From the NCBI GenBank assembly GCA_947170005.1, contig CAMVRX010000001.1, forward strand, positions 1-47,063: a stretch of 47,063 nt of DNA. The letters run 5' to 3'. The stretch comes from an uncultured Elusimicrobium sp. (lineage in GTDB: Bacteria > Elusimicrobiota > Elusimicrobia > Elusimicrobiales > Elusimicrobiaceae). The translations under genes and the position numbers were made by a program. Positions within the stretch are counted from its first letter, which is position 1, and the number at the start of each line of letters is the position of its first letter. Of the stretch, positions 20,923-30,629 are shown one piece after another. The notes under the pieces were generated by a model, which did no database searches, was not told the origin of the DNA, and was given only the letters and a program-made list of their open reading frames with translations.

Positions 20923-21329
20923 TACAGCCCCTTAATTAACAGCTCCGTTGCGTTAATAACGGCGCGCTTACCGTCGGATTCAATTTTTTCGGCCAATTCT
21001 TTGGCATTTAACTTCTTGCGGCTGTTGAGCGCCGTTAAGAGCATACTTAAATTGAGCCCTGTAATAACGTGGCAGTTGGGCAAATCTTTGCTGGCGGTCA
21101 GGGAAATGTTGGTAGCGCTGCCGCCGAAAATATCAGTCAAAATGACGGCTCCGTCCGGGCAGGTTTCTAAAAGGGCTTTGAGCTTGGCCGCTTCTTTTTC
21201 TACCGAAGAGGCCGTGGTAACGGCAAAGGTGGCCAGCCCTTCATCGGCGGGTTTGCCGATAATTAAAGCGGCCGTTTGCAGCATTTCTTGGGCCAGTTGG
21301 CCGTGTGTAACCAGTATCATTTTTACCAT
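20922..21329 (-). CDS. Mannose-class PTS EIIA component
   Basis: ILVTHG.LA, TDIFGGS..N, GLNL.ML; start re-assigned to MVKMIL. Confidence 0.92.
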   Translation of the reverse strand: MVKMILVTHGQLAQEMLQTAALIIGKPADEGLATFAVTTASSVEKEAAKLKALLETCPDGAVILTDIFGGSATNISLTASKDLPNCHVITGLNLSMLLTALNSRKKLNAKELAEKIESDGKRAVINATELLIKGL

Positions 21330-21331
21330 AA

Positions 21332-22189
21332 TCAGTTTCCTATATCGCGGTGAAATTCCGAGGCGGTCAACCCCGCTTCGTTCAAACGTTTTGCCAGTTC
21401 GTGCGCCATAAATACGCTGCGGTGTTTGCCGCCGGTGCAACCCATGGCAATGGTTAAATAGCTTTTCCCTTCTTTAATGTATTTGGGAATTAGGTATTTA
21501 ACTAAACTGGTAAATTTGGTGGCAAATTCCTTCGTTTCTTTAAACGAGGAAATATACTCCTGGACGGGTTTGTCCAGCCCGGTTTTGTTTTTAAGCGCCG
21601 GGATGTAATAAGGGTTGGGCAAAAAACGCACGTCCATGACGATATCGCAATCTTTTAAAATACCGTTTTTAAACCCAAAGGACACGACGGAAATTTGCAT
21701 GTCGTCCGTGCGCTTGGTATTGAGCACAAAGGAAAGTTTTTCTTTAAGCTCGCCTAGTTTGAGGTCGCTGGTGTCGATAACTTTGTCGGCCATGGTGCGG
21801 ATAGCGCGCAGGGCTTCGCGTTCGTGCGCAATAGCGGCGGCCAACTTTTTGTGGATGGGGTGACGGTGTTTAGTTTCCGAAAAACGGCGGATTAAACACT
21901 CGTCGGACGCATCCAAGAAAAGGACCTTGATGTCAAAGGCTTGGTTTTTAATGGTTTTAACTAAATCGGGCAAATCCTTGAGGCGGTCCCCCGCGCGCAT
22001 ATCAATCCCCAGAGCAATGTTGTTATGGTCTTTATCGCCGCCCAAGTACTCAATAAAATTTTTGAACAGGGCCAAGGGCAAATTGTCTACACAATAGAAT
22101 CCAAAATCGCCAAAGATTTTAAGCGCTTGGGACTTGCCCGCCCCGCTTAAACCGGTAATGATAAAAATGCGTTTTTTATTTTTTTTCAT
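21332..22189 (-). CDS. rapZ: RNase adapter RapZ/YvcJ
   Basis: [37 protein letters not shown]. Confidence 0.96.
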   Translation of the reverse strand: MKKNKKRIFIITGLSGAGKSQALKIFGDFGFYCVDNLPLALFKNFIEYLGGDKDHNNIALGIDMRAGDRLKDLPDLVKTIKNQAFDIKVLFLDASDECLIRRFSETKHRHPIHKKLAAAIAHEREALRAIRTMADKVIDTSDLKLGELKEKLSFVLNTKRTDDMQISVVSFGFKNGILKDCDIVMDVRFLPNPYYIPALKNKTGLDKPVQEYISSFKETKEFATKFTSLVKYLIPKYIKEGKSYLTIAMGCTGGKHRSVFMAHELAKRLNEAGLTASEFHRDIGN

Positions 22190-23126
22190 TTTTCTTACCC
22201 TGTTTCATTTTGTCTAAAATTTTTTGGCTAAATTCTTTGGCCGAAAAAATCCCTTGGCTTTTAAGCTGCTGGTTTAACGCAGCTACTTCAATAAGCACCG
22301 CCAAGTTGCGCCCCGGGGTAACCGGCAACAGCAACGAAGGGACTTCTATGCCTAAAATTTCGGTATTTTTTTGGTCTACTCCCAGGCGGTCCAGCGGGGA
22401 CTTGTTGGGGGAAGTGAGAACCACTTCCATATCAATTTTGGTTTCGTCCAACGTGGCCCCTACCCCGAATAGCAGTGCCACATCCAGCACGCCCAGCCCG
22501 CGCACTTCCATATAGTGCTTGAGCATAGCCGGGCAGCTGCCCATTAAATAGCGGCCGCGTTTTTGTACTTCAATGACGTCGTCGGCTACTAAAATGTGGC
22601 CGCGTTTAATCAGCTCGAGCGCGCATTCGCTCTTGCCGATACCCGCATCTCCGCGGATCAGCACGCCAATGCCGCTTACGTCCACCAGTACGCCGTGCAA
22701 GTGGGTAACAGGGGAGAGACGGTCGTCTAAAAAACGGGAAAAAGCCGCCATAAAGTCGGACGACTCCATCTCGGTCTTTAGCACAGCCACATCGGCACTT
22801 AAACTGCCTTTGCGGATGGCTTGGTGCGGGTCCAGCCCGGCCGTCATAATCAGGCAGGGCACGTCCCCTTCGCTAAGCATTTTGGTAATGTTGGCACGCA
22901 GACGGGTTTTGTTTTCTTTTTGGCAGAACCAAAACTCGCTGCGGCCGAAAACTTGCACGGCATTGGCGCGGAAATTTTCCAGTTGTCCGGCCAGCGCCAA
23001 GCCGGGGCGGTTGACGCGCGGCTCGGTAATTTCGCGCTGGATGTAGCGTTTACCGCAAACGAGCTCCAAGTGAAGGGTCTTCACTTGGAGCAGTTCGGCT
23101 ACGGTAATGGATTTTCTAAATTCCAC
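22176..23126 (-). CDS. hprK: HPr kinase/phosphorylase
   Basis: [41 protein letters not shown]. Confidence 0.97.
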   Translation of the reverse strand: MEFRKSITVAELLQVKTLHLELVCGKRYIQREITEPRVNRPGLALAGQLENFRANAVQVFGRSEFWFCQKENKTRLRANITKMLSEGDVPCLIMTAGLDPHQAIRKGSLSADVAVLKTEMESSDFMAAFSRFLDDRLSPVTHLHGVLVDVSGIGVLIRGDAGIGKSECALELIKRGHILVADDVIEVQKRGRYLMGSCPAMLKHYMEVRGLGVLDVALLFGVGATLDETKIDMEVVLTSPNKSPLDRLGVDQKNTEILGIEVPSLLLPVTPGRNLAVLIEVAALNQQLKSQGIFSAKEFSQKILDKMKQGKKNEKK

Positions 23127-23137
23127 GCAAACTCCGC

Positions 23138-23686
23138 TTATTTTTTCTTGATGGGCTTAATGAGGCCGTACGTGCCGTCTAAGCGTTTGAAAATCAAGTT
23201 GATTTGCTTGGAGCCTTCATCCAAGAACATCCAGAAGGAATATCCCAGCCGTTCCATTTCGTAGGCGGCATCTTCCGGGTTCATGGGGGTTACTTCTACC
23301 TGTTTAATGACGGAGAATTTGACGTCATTTTGCGGCAGCATCACCTCGGCAAACGGGTCCACTTCCACTACTTTAACGGATTTTTTGGACACTTTGCGCG
23401 CTTTGGCTTTGTTTTTGATTTTTTTGGCTTGCGCTTCGGCCTTGACGGCGGCAGCGTCAATGGCTTTGTAGAGGTTGGTTTCTACGGCGCTGGCGCTGAT
23501 AGTGGTTTTGGCGCCCGTATGCAAGATGATTTCGGCGCGTTGGTTGATCTTTTTTTCTACCGAGATAAGCACCTGGGCGGAAACAATGTGATCAAAAAAC
23601 GTTTCCACTTTGCTTACGCGCGTATTGATAAATTCTCGGATGGCCGGTGTGAGTTTAATGTTTTTGGCCGTAATTTTAATATCCAT
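23138..23686 (-). CDS. hpf: Long ribosome hibernation promoting factor
   Basis: N-terminal RaiA/HPF domain plus C-terminal PM..EDA...M..LGY.F..F...N..F.R.DG.YGLI. Confidence 0.92.
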   Translation of the reverse strand: MDIKITAKNIKLTPAIREFINTRVSKVETFFDHIVSAQVLISVEKKINQRAEIILHTGAKTTISASAVETNLYKAIDAAAVKAEAQAKKIKNKAKARKVSKKSVKVVEVDPFAEVMLPQNDVKFSVIKQVEVTPMNPEDAAYEMERLGYSFWMFLDEGSKQINLIFKRLDGTYGLIKPIKKK

Positions 23687-23968
23687 AACTTCCTCCCAAA
23701 ATATTTACGAGAAAACCCCGTACAGCTATTAAATCATTATCCGGGGCGGTATGTCAACTTTAATAATACGCGCGCTCGCGCGTACGGCAAACCCGCAAAA
23801 TACCGCCCTTCGCCCGCACCTGCTAGCCGGTGCGTTTAAAGGGCGGTAATTAATGTTAGCATTCTTTAGTTCATCCCTCCCAACCTTTAACTATTAGTAG
23901 TATAAGCAGAAAGTTAAAAAAATCAAGGGGGGGAAAACAACGGCGGACGCAATGCCTGTTTATACCTC

Positions 23969-24126
23969 GGCAACAATTTTCCAAATTTGGTTTATTTTGC
24001 AGTGACTTGTGCCTCACGTACTTGCCGCACTTTGTGCGGTCCGGTGGACGTACGCTACGGCCCAACTTTTCCCTGCAAACTAAACTCAAATTTGAAAAAT
24101 CAGCTTACTTTCAGTTTTACCCGGTG
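23969..24126. repeat. Dispersed long imperfect palindrome (REP/MITE-like), copy 2
   Basis: ggcaacaattt.cca.atttg ... ctcaaat.tga.aaatcagc.tact ... ttttac.cggtg shared with 1619..1754. Confidence 0.7.
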
Positions 24127-24250
24127 CTTGGGGAAATACTGGCATAAACTACAGGCTTGAGGATAAATCAGGGTACTGACTATTTTACCCGGTGTTTGGG
24201 GAAGTACTGGCACAAGCTACAGGCTTAGGGATAAATTAGGGTACTGACTG
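24115..24250. repeat. Imperfect tandem duplication, 2 x 68 bp
   Basis: ttttacccggtg.ttgggga..tactggca...ctacaggctt...gataaat.agggtactgact at 24115 and 24183. Confidence 0.9.
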
Positions 24251-24322
24251 TTGGTCTCGGCGATGAGAAAATGTTTAAATATGCAAAATTTCAAGGAAAT
24301 TATATATAATGAAAAAGACGTA

Positions 24323-24529
24323 AAAAATTTCTATCTGTTTTTGGACGCCTGCATGTAGTGTAGGTCCCGTTGGAAGTCCAACTCGAATCACTCCAAAGAC
24401 AGCCGTTTGAAGGTACCAGTTAAGCGGACTAATTACCCGTTTGATTGGTGCCGAATGTTTACCGTTTTGGTAAGCTACGGCTGTTTGTTGCTGAGGGGGT
24501 GATTCGTCTCGGTGACAAGGGCCGTTTTT
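24323..24529 (+). ncRNA. Pilin leader attenuator-like RNA, copy E3
   Basis: atctgtttttgga ... tccaaagacagccg ... ctacggctgtt ... ggccg-ttttt; P1 cgaatcactcc/ggggtgattcg; TATAAT upstream. Confidence 0.75.
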
Positions 24530-24564
24530 GTGGGCTCCTTAAATAGAGAAAAGGAGAACATAAA

Positions 24565-25098
24565 ATGAAGGAAAGAAATACCCGGCGGGGTTTCACGCTT
24601 ATTGAATTGTTAGTAGTGGTGCTAATTATCGGTATTCTGGCAGCGGTGGCGTTGCCACAATACCAAAAGGCCGTAGATAAAGCTCAGCTGATAAAAGTGA
24701 TGCCGCTAGTAGATGCTATTTTAAAAGGCCAGGAAATCTATTATTTAGCGAATGGCGAATATACCTTGGACTTATCTAACTTGGATATTGATGTTACTTC
24801 CAATTGTACTTGGGCCGGAAGTAAAAAACATCAAATATGGTGCCCGGGTATCGTATTAAATAATGGACATTTGGGAGGAAAAGTGGGAGGATCTTTGGGC
24901 TTAATTTTTTGTCCTTCTCAGCAAGATCCCTCTTCGTGGAGTGATTATTTTCCTTGTTATAATTCAAGGGAATTACAGGTTGTTTTGAATTACCAACATC
25001 CAACTGAAATATTGGCCCAAGAAGATGTAGGGAAAATAATTTGTGAAAGCACTTCTGCCCGCGGTCAACGATTAGAAAATATGTTTTGCCCCTCTTAA
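24565..25098 (+). CDS. Type IV pilin-like protein 3
   Basis: RRG|FTLIELL...PQYQKAV; [11 protein letters not shown]; AAGGAG SD. Confidence 0.93.
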   Translation: MKERNTRRGFTLIELLVVVLIIGILAAVALPQYQKAVDKAQLIKVMPLVDAILKGQEIYYLANGEYTLDLSNLDIDVTSNCTWAGSKKHQIWCPGIVLNNGHLGGKVGGSLGLIFCPSQQDPSSWSDYFPCYNSRELQVVLNYQHPTEILAQEDVGKIICESTSARGQRLENMFCPS

Positions 25099-25101
25099 AT
25101 C

Positions 25102-25132
25102 AAAAACCCCCGCCTTGTGAGCGGGGGTTTTT
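25102..25132. terminator. Bidirectional terminator
   Basis: aaaaacccccgc-cttgtga-gcgggggttttt. Confidence 0.85.
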
Positions 25133-25146
25133 AGTAAACAACAAAG

Positions 25147-25371
25147 TTATTTGGCGTTTACCATTTTGGCGCGGGAGATATCGCCTTTCTTGTCTAAGAA
25201 ATAGAGATATCCTTTTTCTTTTTTAATACCGCATTTTTCTACTTTTTTCGGTTTGCCACCTTTTTTGCCACCGCGGGCCATTTGCACACGGGCGATGTCA
25301 CCGTCTTTGTCGATGTAGTACAAGAAACCGTCTTCGCGGTCCATGCCAACTTTCAATACTTTTTCAGCCAT
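25147..25371 (-). CDS. Small basic protein with an internal tandem repeat
   Basis: GGAGGAG SD; KV.K.G...E.G.LY..DK.GDI.R..M occurs twice. Confidence 0.8.
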   Translation of the reverse strand: MAEKVLKVGMDREDGFLYYIDKDGDIARVQMARGGKKGGKPKKVEKCGIKKEKGYLYFLDKKGDISRAKMVNAK

Positions 25372-25588
25372 TTTAAACTCCTCCTTCAAGGATGGTCGTT
25401 AATATTAACGTACAAACGTCGTACCCCTTCACTATAATAAAAAAAAATTTTTTTTGCAAGTATTTTTTTTAGTCGGGGCTCCCTCGTAACCTTTTTATAT
25501 TAGTACGCGTACGAAATAAAAAGCCCCATTTCCTTACTATATAAGAGTGGGAAAATGGTATAATGTAACCATATCTTAGGGAAAACAC

Positions 25589-28500
25589 ATGTATTTAAAA
25601 GCTATTGAAATCATCGGTTTTAAATCCTTTGCAGACAAATCCCGCCTGGACTTTGAGCCCGGCATCACCTGCGTGGTAGGGCCCAACGGGTGCGGTAAAT
25701 CCAACGTTATTGACTCCGTGCGTTGGACCATTGGCGAAATGAGCTGGAAAGCCTTGCGCTCCGGCTCGATGGTGGATATTATTTTTAACGGGACCGCCAA
25801 ACGGGCCCCCCTTAATATGGCGCAAGTGAGTATGATTTTTGATAACGCCTCGCGCCAGCTTCCCTTGGATTTTAACGAAATTACCGTTACCCGCAAAATT
25901 TTCCGCTCCGGCGAGAGCGAATATTACCTTAATAAGGTACAATGCCGCTTGCGCGATATCCGCGATTTGTTTTTGGACACCGGGATCGGCGGCGGCGGGT
26001 ATGCTATTATCGACCAGGGCGGTGTGGAAAGTGTGCTTTCGGCCTCGGCCGAGCAGCGCCGCGAGATGTTTGAAGAAGTGGCCGGCGTATCCAAATACAA
26101 AGCCAAACGCGAGGAATGTATCCGCCGGTTGGAACGTGTGGATATGGACTTGGCGCGCTTGTCCGACACGGTGGCCTTAATTACCGAGCAAATTAAAAAG
26201 CTGGACAGCGAGGCCAAAAAAGCCCGCCTCTATCAAAAATACCGCGAAGAACTTAAAGAGAGCGAGATTGCTATTTCGCTACACTCCTTAAAAGAATCGG
26301 CTGCGCTGATTGCCAAACACACCGGCGAGTTGCAGCCTATTGTTCAAAAATTGGCCGATTTGGAAAACCGCATTTCCGCCCAGGAAGGGGCCACGGCAGC
26401 GCTGGACTTAAATTTAACCCATAAACAAAAAGAGGCCGCTGCGTTTAACGAAAAAATTTCCGCCAGCAAATACCAAGTGGGTTTGCTGGAAGGGGCCATT
26501 AAAAACTGCGATAACTTGACCGCCGAACTAACGGCGCAAATTGCGTCGTCGGGCGCGGAAGCCCAACGCGGCCAAAACCGCTTAGCCGAACTGGCCCCAG
26601 CGATTGCCAAACTCAAAGAAAGTTTAGCGGCTGTTACGGCTAAACTAAATCCGCTGCAGGAAAATTACAACGTCAAAACGGCAGACGCGCAAAAAATGGA
26701 AAACGATTTGCGCACCGCTGAGAGTGATTTGCAGCGCACGTCCAATGAACTAATGAACGTGGTGCAAAAGCAGATGGAAGTTTCCAATAAAATTGCGTTG
26801 GAAGAATCTTCCATCCAGCGCGAAGAAGAAGATTTAATTGCGGCCGAAAAAGCCAGCCAAGCGCAGCAAGAAGGGTTGAGCGCTTTGCAAGAAAGTCTGC
26901 AAGAGGTTACCTTGCGCGTGCAAGGCAAACAAACCGAGGCGGATACGTCCAAGCAAGCCATTGTGGCAGGCGAAACCGCTTTGCGCGATTTGCAACAAGC
27001 GCGCAGCGCGCTTAACGAGAAATTGTCCGCGGTAAAATCGGCCCGTGCCGGGCTTAGCGCCAAATTGGAGCTCATCCAAACCCAAGGGAAAAACGACCCG
27101 TACTGGGTGGGGGTTCAGACGGTCACGCAAGCCGGACTGCCCGGCGTAAAAGGCACCTTGCGCAAGGCGCTTAAATACCCCAAGAATTTGCAAGTAGTGG
27201 TGGAAGAAGCGTTTGGGAAATATTTGGATGCTGTGCTGTGTGACACGCAAGCAACCGTCCACAAAGCGCTGGAACTTTTGCAGAAAACCGGCAAAGCGCG
27301 CGCTAAATTTATTGTGCTGGAAAGTGTGCCGCAAGCTACGGTAGAAAAATCCGGCACGCTTAAAAAACAGCTTACCTATAAAGCAGAATTGGAAGATTTA
27401 ATTGACCTGATTATCGGCAGCTATTCTTGCCAAGCCGGGACGGTGGACGGCGGGTTTTTTATAAGCGGCGGGGACGAAAGCGTCCGCGCGCCGGAAGCCT
27501 ATTGGGGCGAAGAAGAAAGCGTCAAAGAGCAAATTGCCGCCCAAACCACCCAGGAAGAAAAACTGACCGGAGAAATTGCTCAAAATCTAGCCGATATCAC
27601 CCAGGCCGATGAACATTTAAAAACGCTGCGCACGCAAGCGCAAGAGGCGGTGGTAGCCCTTAATACCGTGCAAAACGAACGCACCAACAAAGAGCGCGAA
27701 CTTAAAGCAATGCAGGAAACCCTGCAAAAAGCTGCCGCGCGCAAACAGGAAATTACATTGCGTGTGGATAACCGCAAAGCGCAAATTAACACGCTTAAAA
27801 CACAGGTAGCCGAACTCAAAAGCCGCCACGAAGCGTGCGAAAAACGGTCGGCTCAAATCAAAGCGCACCAACAAAAATTGCGCCAGGATGCCGAAGAGCT
27901 TAAAAATGAAATTAATACGTTAAGTGCGGCTTTGTATGAAGTGCGCATCCAAAAAAACAACGTAGAGCTGGATTTGAAATCTACCGAGTATGAATTTAAC
28001 AGTTTGACTGAAAATGAAGGCAAACGCAACGAAAAAATTGCTTCTTCCAATTTGCGTTTGAAAAGTTTGGCTGATGAAAAACTTTCTACCCAGGCTAAAC
28101 TGTCCACCGAGCGCGACGCATTGGCTAAGTTGGAAATTGACGAGCACCAAATGCGTGCGGACTTGGAGGCCCTTAAAAAAGATTACGACGAAAAACTAAG
28201 CGCGCTCAATGCTTGCAAAAAAGAGTCTTCTGAGCTCACTTTGCAAAAAAACAATTTGGAAAATGCCCTGGCTAACGCCCGGCGCCAACATACCACCGTG
28301 GCCAACAGCCTTTTTGAAAGCTGGAACATTACGCCCGAAGAAGCCGAGATGAACTACGGTAAAAAAGAGGTAGATTACGAGCGCGTAAAAATGATGCGCA
28401 AACGCATCGAAAATATGGGGGCTGTCAATATGACCGCGCCCGAAGAGTACGACGCATTAAATGAACGTAACGAATTTTTAAAAGCGCAAATGGCCGACTT

Positions 28501-29068
28501 GGATGGTGCTAAAAAGGACCTCAAGTCCGCCATCAACAAAATCAACCAAACCACGCGCGAGAACTTCAAATATACTTTTGAACAAGTGCGTATGCATTTT
28601 AAGAATATCTTCCAGTCGCTCTTCCGTGGCGGGGAGTGCGACTTGGTACTCACGCAGCCCGATAATTTGTTGGAAACCGGCATTGAAATTTACGCCCAGC
28701 CTTCCGGCAAAAAGCTCTTAAACATTAACTCCATGTCCGGTGGCGAAAAAACGCTCACGGCCATGTCCTTGTTGTTTGCGTTCTTTACGCATCATCCTTC
28801 CCCGTTCTGCATTATGGACGAAGCGGATGCGGCTTTGGACGAAGCCAATGTGGAGCGTTACGTGAACCTGATTAAAGAGTTTTCCAAATCTACGCAGTTT
28901 ATTGTGGTTACCCACAACAAACGCACCATGGAAGCCGCGCGCATGCTCTACGGGATTACCATGGAAGAAAGCGGCGTATCCAAAGTCATGTCCGTCAACC
29001 TGGCCGACCGCACTAACGCCGAAGAAAACAAGAAAAAAGAAGAGTTGGAAGCATTGGTGGAGGCCTGA
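25589..29068 (+). CDS. smc: Chromosome segregation protein SMC
   Basis: GFKSF, GPNGCGKSN, coiled coils and hinge, SGGEK, DEADAALD. Confidence 0.97.
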   Translation: MYLKAIEIIGFKSFADKSRLDFEPGITCVVGPNGCGKSNVIDSVRWTIGEMSWKALRSGSMVDIIFNGTAKRAPLNMAQVSMIFDNASRQLPLDFNEITVTRKIFRSGESEYYLNKVQCRLRDIRDLFLDTGIGGGGYAIIDQGGVESVLSASAEQRREMFEEVAGVSKYKAKREECIRRLERVDMDLARLSDTVALITEQIKKLDSEAKKARLYQKYREELKESEIAISLHSLKESAALIAKHTGELQPIVQKLADLENRISAQEGATAALDLNLTHKQKEAAAFNEKISASKYQVGLLEGAIKNCDNLTAELTAQIASSGAEAQRGQNRLAELAPAIAKLKESLAAVTAKLNPLQENYNVKTADAQKMENDLRTAESDLQRTSNELMNVVQKQMEVSNKIALEESSIQREEEDLIAAEKASQAQQEGLSALQESLQEVTLRVQGKQTEADTSKQAIVAGETALRDLQQARSALNEKLSAVKSARAGLSAKLELIQTQGKNDPYWVGVQTVTQAGLPGVKGTLRKALKYPKNLQVVVEEAFGKYLDAVLCDTQATVHKALELLQKTGKARAKFIVLESVPQATVEKSGTLKKQLTYKAELEDLIDLIIGSYSCQAGTVDGGFFISGGDESVRAPEAYWGEEESVKEQIAAQTTQEEKLTGEIAQNLADITQADEHLKTLRTQAQEAVVALNTVQNERTNKERELKAMQETLQKAAARKQEITLRVDNRKAQINTLKTQVAELKSRHEACEKRSAQIKAHQQKLRQDAEELKNEINTLSAALYEVRIQKNNVELDLKSTEYEFNSLTENEGKRNEKIASSNLRLKSLADEKLSTQAKLSTERDALAKLEIDEHQMRADLEALKKDYDEKLSALNACKKESSELTLQKNNLENALANARRQHTTVANSLFESWNITPEEAEMNYGKKEVDYERVKMMRKRIENMGAVNMTAPEEYDALNERNEFLKAQMADLDGAKKDLKSAINKINQTTRENFKYTFEQVRMHFKNIFQSLFRGGECDLVLTQPDNLLETGIEIYAQPSGKKLLNINSMSGGEKTLTAMSLLFAFFTHHPSPFCIMDEADAALDEANVERYVNLIKEFSKSTQFIVVTHNKRTMEAARMLYGITMEESGVSKVMSVNLADRTNAEENKKKEELEALVEA

Positions 29069-29805
29069 TGCGCATTGGCGTGTTTTCGGACGTACACGGC
29101 AACCTGGAAGCCCTGGAAGCGTGTTTGCAAACACTGCAAGAGGCCGGTGCGGAAAAATACATTCAATGCGGGGATCTGATTGGCTATGGGCCGGATGCGC
29201 AAGATTGTGTGGACCGTGTGCGCCATCTCCCCTTGTTAGCCAGCGTAATGGGCAACCACGATGCAGTGCTGGCATTTCCGTCTTTAAGCAATTTGTTTAA
29301 TTACGAGGCAATCCAATCGCTCGAAGAAAGTTTGCCTAATTTGGCACCGGACGCGGCCAGCTATTTGCGGGCGCTGCCGGCTACCGTGCAGGGGGAAAAC
29401 TTTACGGTGGTGCATGGCTCGCCCATGGACCCGATTAAAGAGTATTTCCACAGCGCAGACCAGTTTAATGGGTATTATCACTTGTGGCAAGGGCAAATTC
29501 TTTTTGTGGGGCATACTCACTTGCAGTTTTACATGAAGGGTGCTGCTTCAACGTGTGAGATGTGCCTAACCCAGGCCCCTGAGCAAACCCTTTCTTTAGA
29601 AGAGGGTTGCCGCTACGTAATTAACCCCGGGGCCGCCGGCAAACCGCGCGACCATAACCCCGCCGCTGCGTGCGGGCTTTGGGATACGGACCAACGGACC
29701 TTTACGTTTTTTCGTTGTCCGTATAACTTTTTGACGACGCAAGAAAAAATGCGCCAAAAAGGCTACCCGGAGTATTTGATTGAAAGCCTGGCCTACGGGT
29801 TGTAA
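29068..29805 (+). CDS. Calcineurin-like metallophosphoesterase
   Basis: SDVHGN, GDLIGYG, GNHD, HGSP, GHTH, NPG. Confidence 0.92.
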   Translation: MRIGVFSDVHGNLEALEACLQTLQEAGAEKYIQCGDLIGYGPDAQDCVDRVRHLPLLASVMGNHDAVLAFPSLSNLFNYEAIQSLEESLPNLAPDAASYLRALPATVQGENFTVVHGSPMDPIKEYFHSADQFNGYYHLWQGQILFVGHTHLQFYMKGAASTCEMCLTQAPEQTLSLEEGCRYVINPGAAGKPRDHNPAAACGLWDTDQRTFTFFRCPYNFLTTQEKMRQKGYPEYLIESLAYGL

Positions 29806-29814
29806 GCTGCTTTA

Positions 29815-30324
29815 TTAAGATTCCCTCTCATCGTAAACTGTAAAACCATGGGTTTCTAAACCTTTGCATACTTTGTAGCCAATATCATCGAAAGCTTCGC
29901 AGTATGTATCACTGTTCCTTGTTCCTCCCAGAAAAGTTCCTTGAATGTTTATCTTATAGGTGGAAGAATCTGCTGTTCCACACGTGCTATCTGTATTGTT
30001 GGAACGCCAAGCAGTAATATCTGGGCCAGCAAACTCATACTGGAAATATTTTGTACAGAAGACCGTTTCTTCCTCACTCCAAATTCCGCTTGCCCAATCT
30101 ACAATATTTTTTGGGATATTTTCGTCCGAAACGCTATGTTCTAACTGCCATAGTTCATACGCATCCCGTGCATTTTTTAACATCAATACAGCCTCGGCTG
30201 CGCGGCTTTTTTCTACAGCTACTTGGTATTGTGGTACGGCTACGGCTGCCAAAATACCGATAATCAGCACCACTACCAACAGTTCGATGAGCGTGAAACC
30301 CCGCCGGGTGTTTTTTGATTTCAT
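29815..30324 (-). CDS. Type IV pilin-like protein 4
   Basis: MKSKNTRRG|FTLIELL; AAGGAG SD supports the start at 30324. Confidence 0.93.
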   Translation of the reverse strand: MKSKNTRRGFTLIELLVVVLIIGILAAVAVPQYQVAVEKSRAAEAVLMLKNARDAYELWQLEHSVSDENIPKNIVDWASGIWSEEETVFCTKYFQYEFAGPDITAWRSNNTDSTCGTADSSTYKINIQGTFLGGTRNSDTYCEAFDDIGYKVCKGLETHGFTVYDERES

Positions 30325-30370
30325 TTTATACTCCTTATTTTTGAGTTTTATTAACCCGTTTAGGAAGTAT

Positions 30371-30580
30371 AAAAAGACGGCCACTATACGAAGAGTTCAT
30401 CTCACTGTCCTCACGTATAACAGCCGGGTTTCCCGCCTAAGCGGGAAACACTCGGCACAGACAGGGCTATAGTCCCCGGCTGCGCCTAAATCGGCTGTTT
30501 TTGGAGTGAGATGAAACTTTTGGGTTCCCAAAAGTGACCCGTACACTTTCTATACGGTTCCAAAAACAGATCAAATTGTA
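30371..30580 (-). ncRNA. Pilin leader attenuator-like RNA, copy E4
   Basis: ctgtttttgga/tccaaaaacag perfect A:B; P1 ttcatctcact/agtgagatgaa; terminator cggctgttatacg...cgtatagtggccg-tcttttt; TGnTAGAAT upstream. Confidence 0.78.
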
Positions 30581-30629
30581 TTTTCCTACATTCCTATTCT
30601 AACATAATTTTTTCTTCATTGAGTGCAAT

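Noticed and set aside
24115-24250. CRISPR array
   Set aside because: Only two contiguous 68-bp units, with no unique spacers and no cas genes
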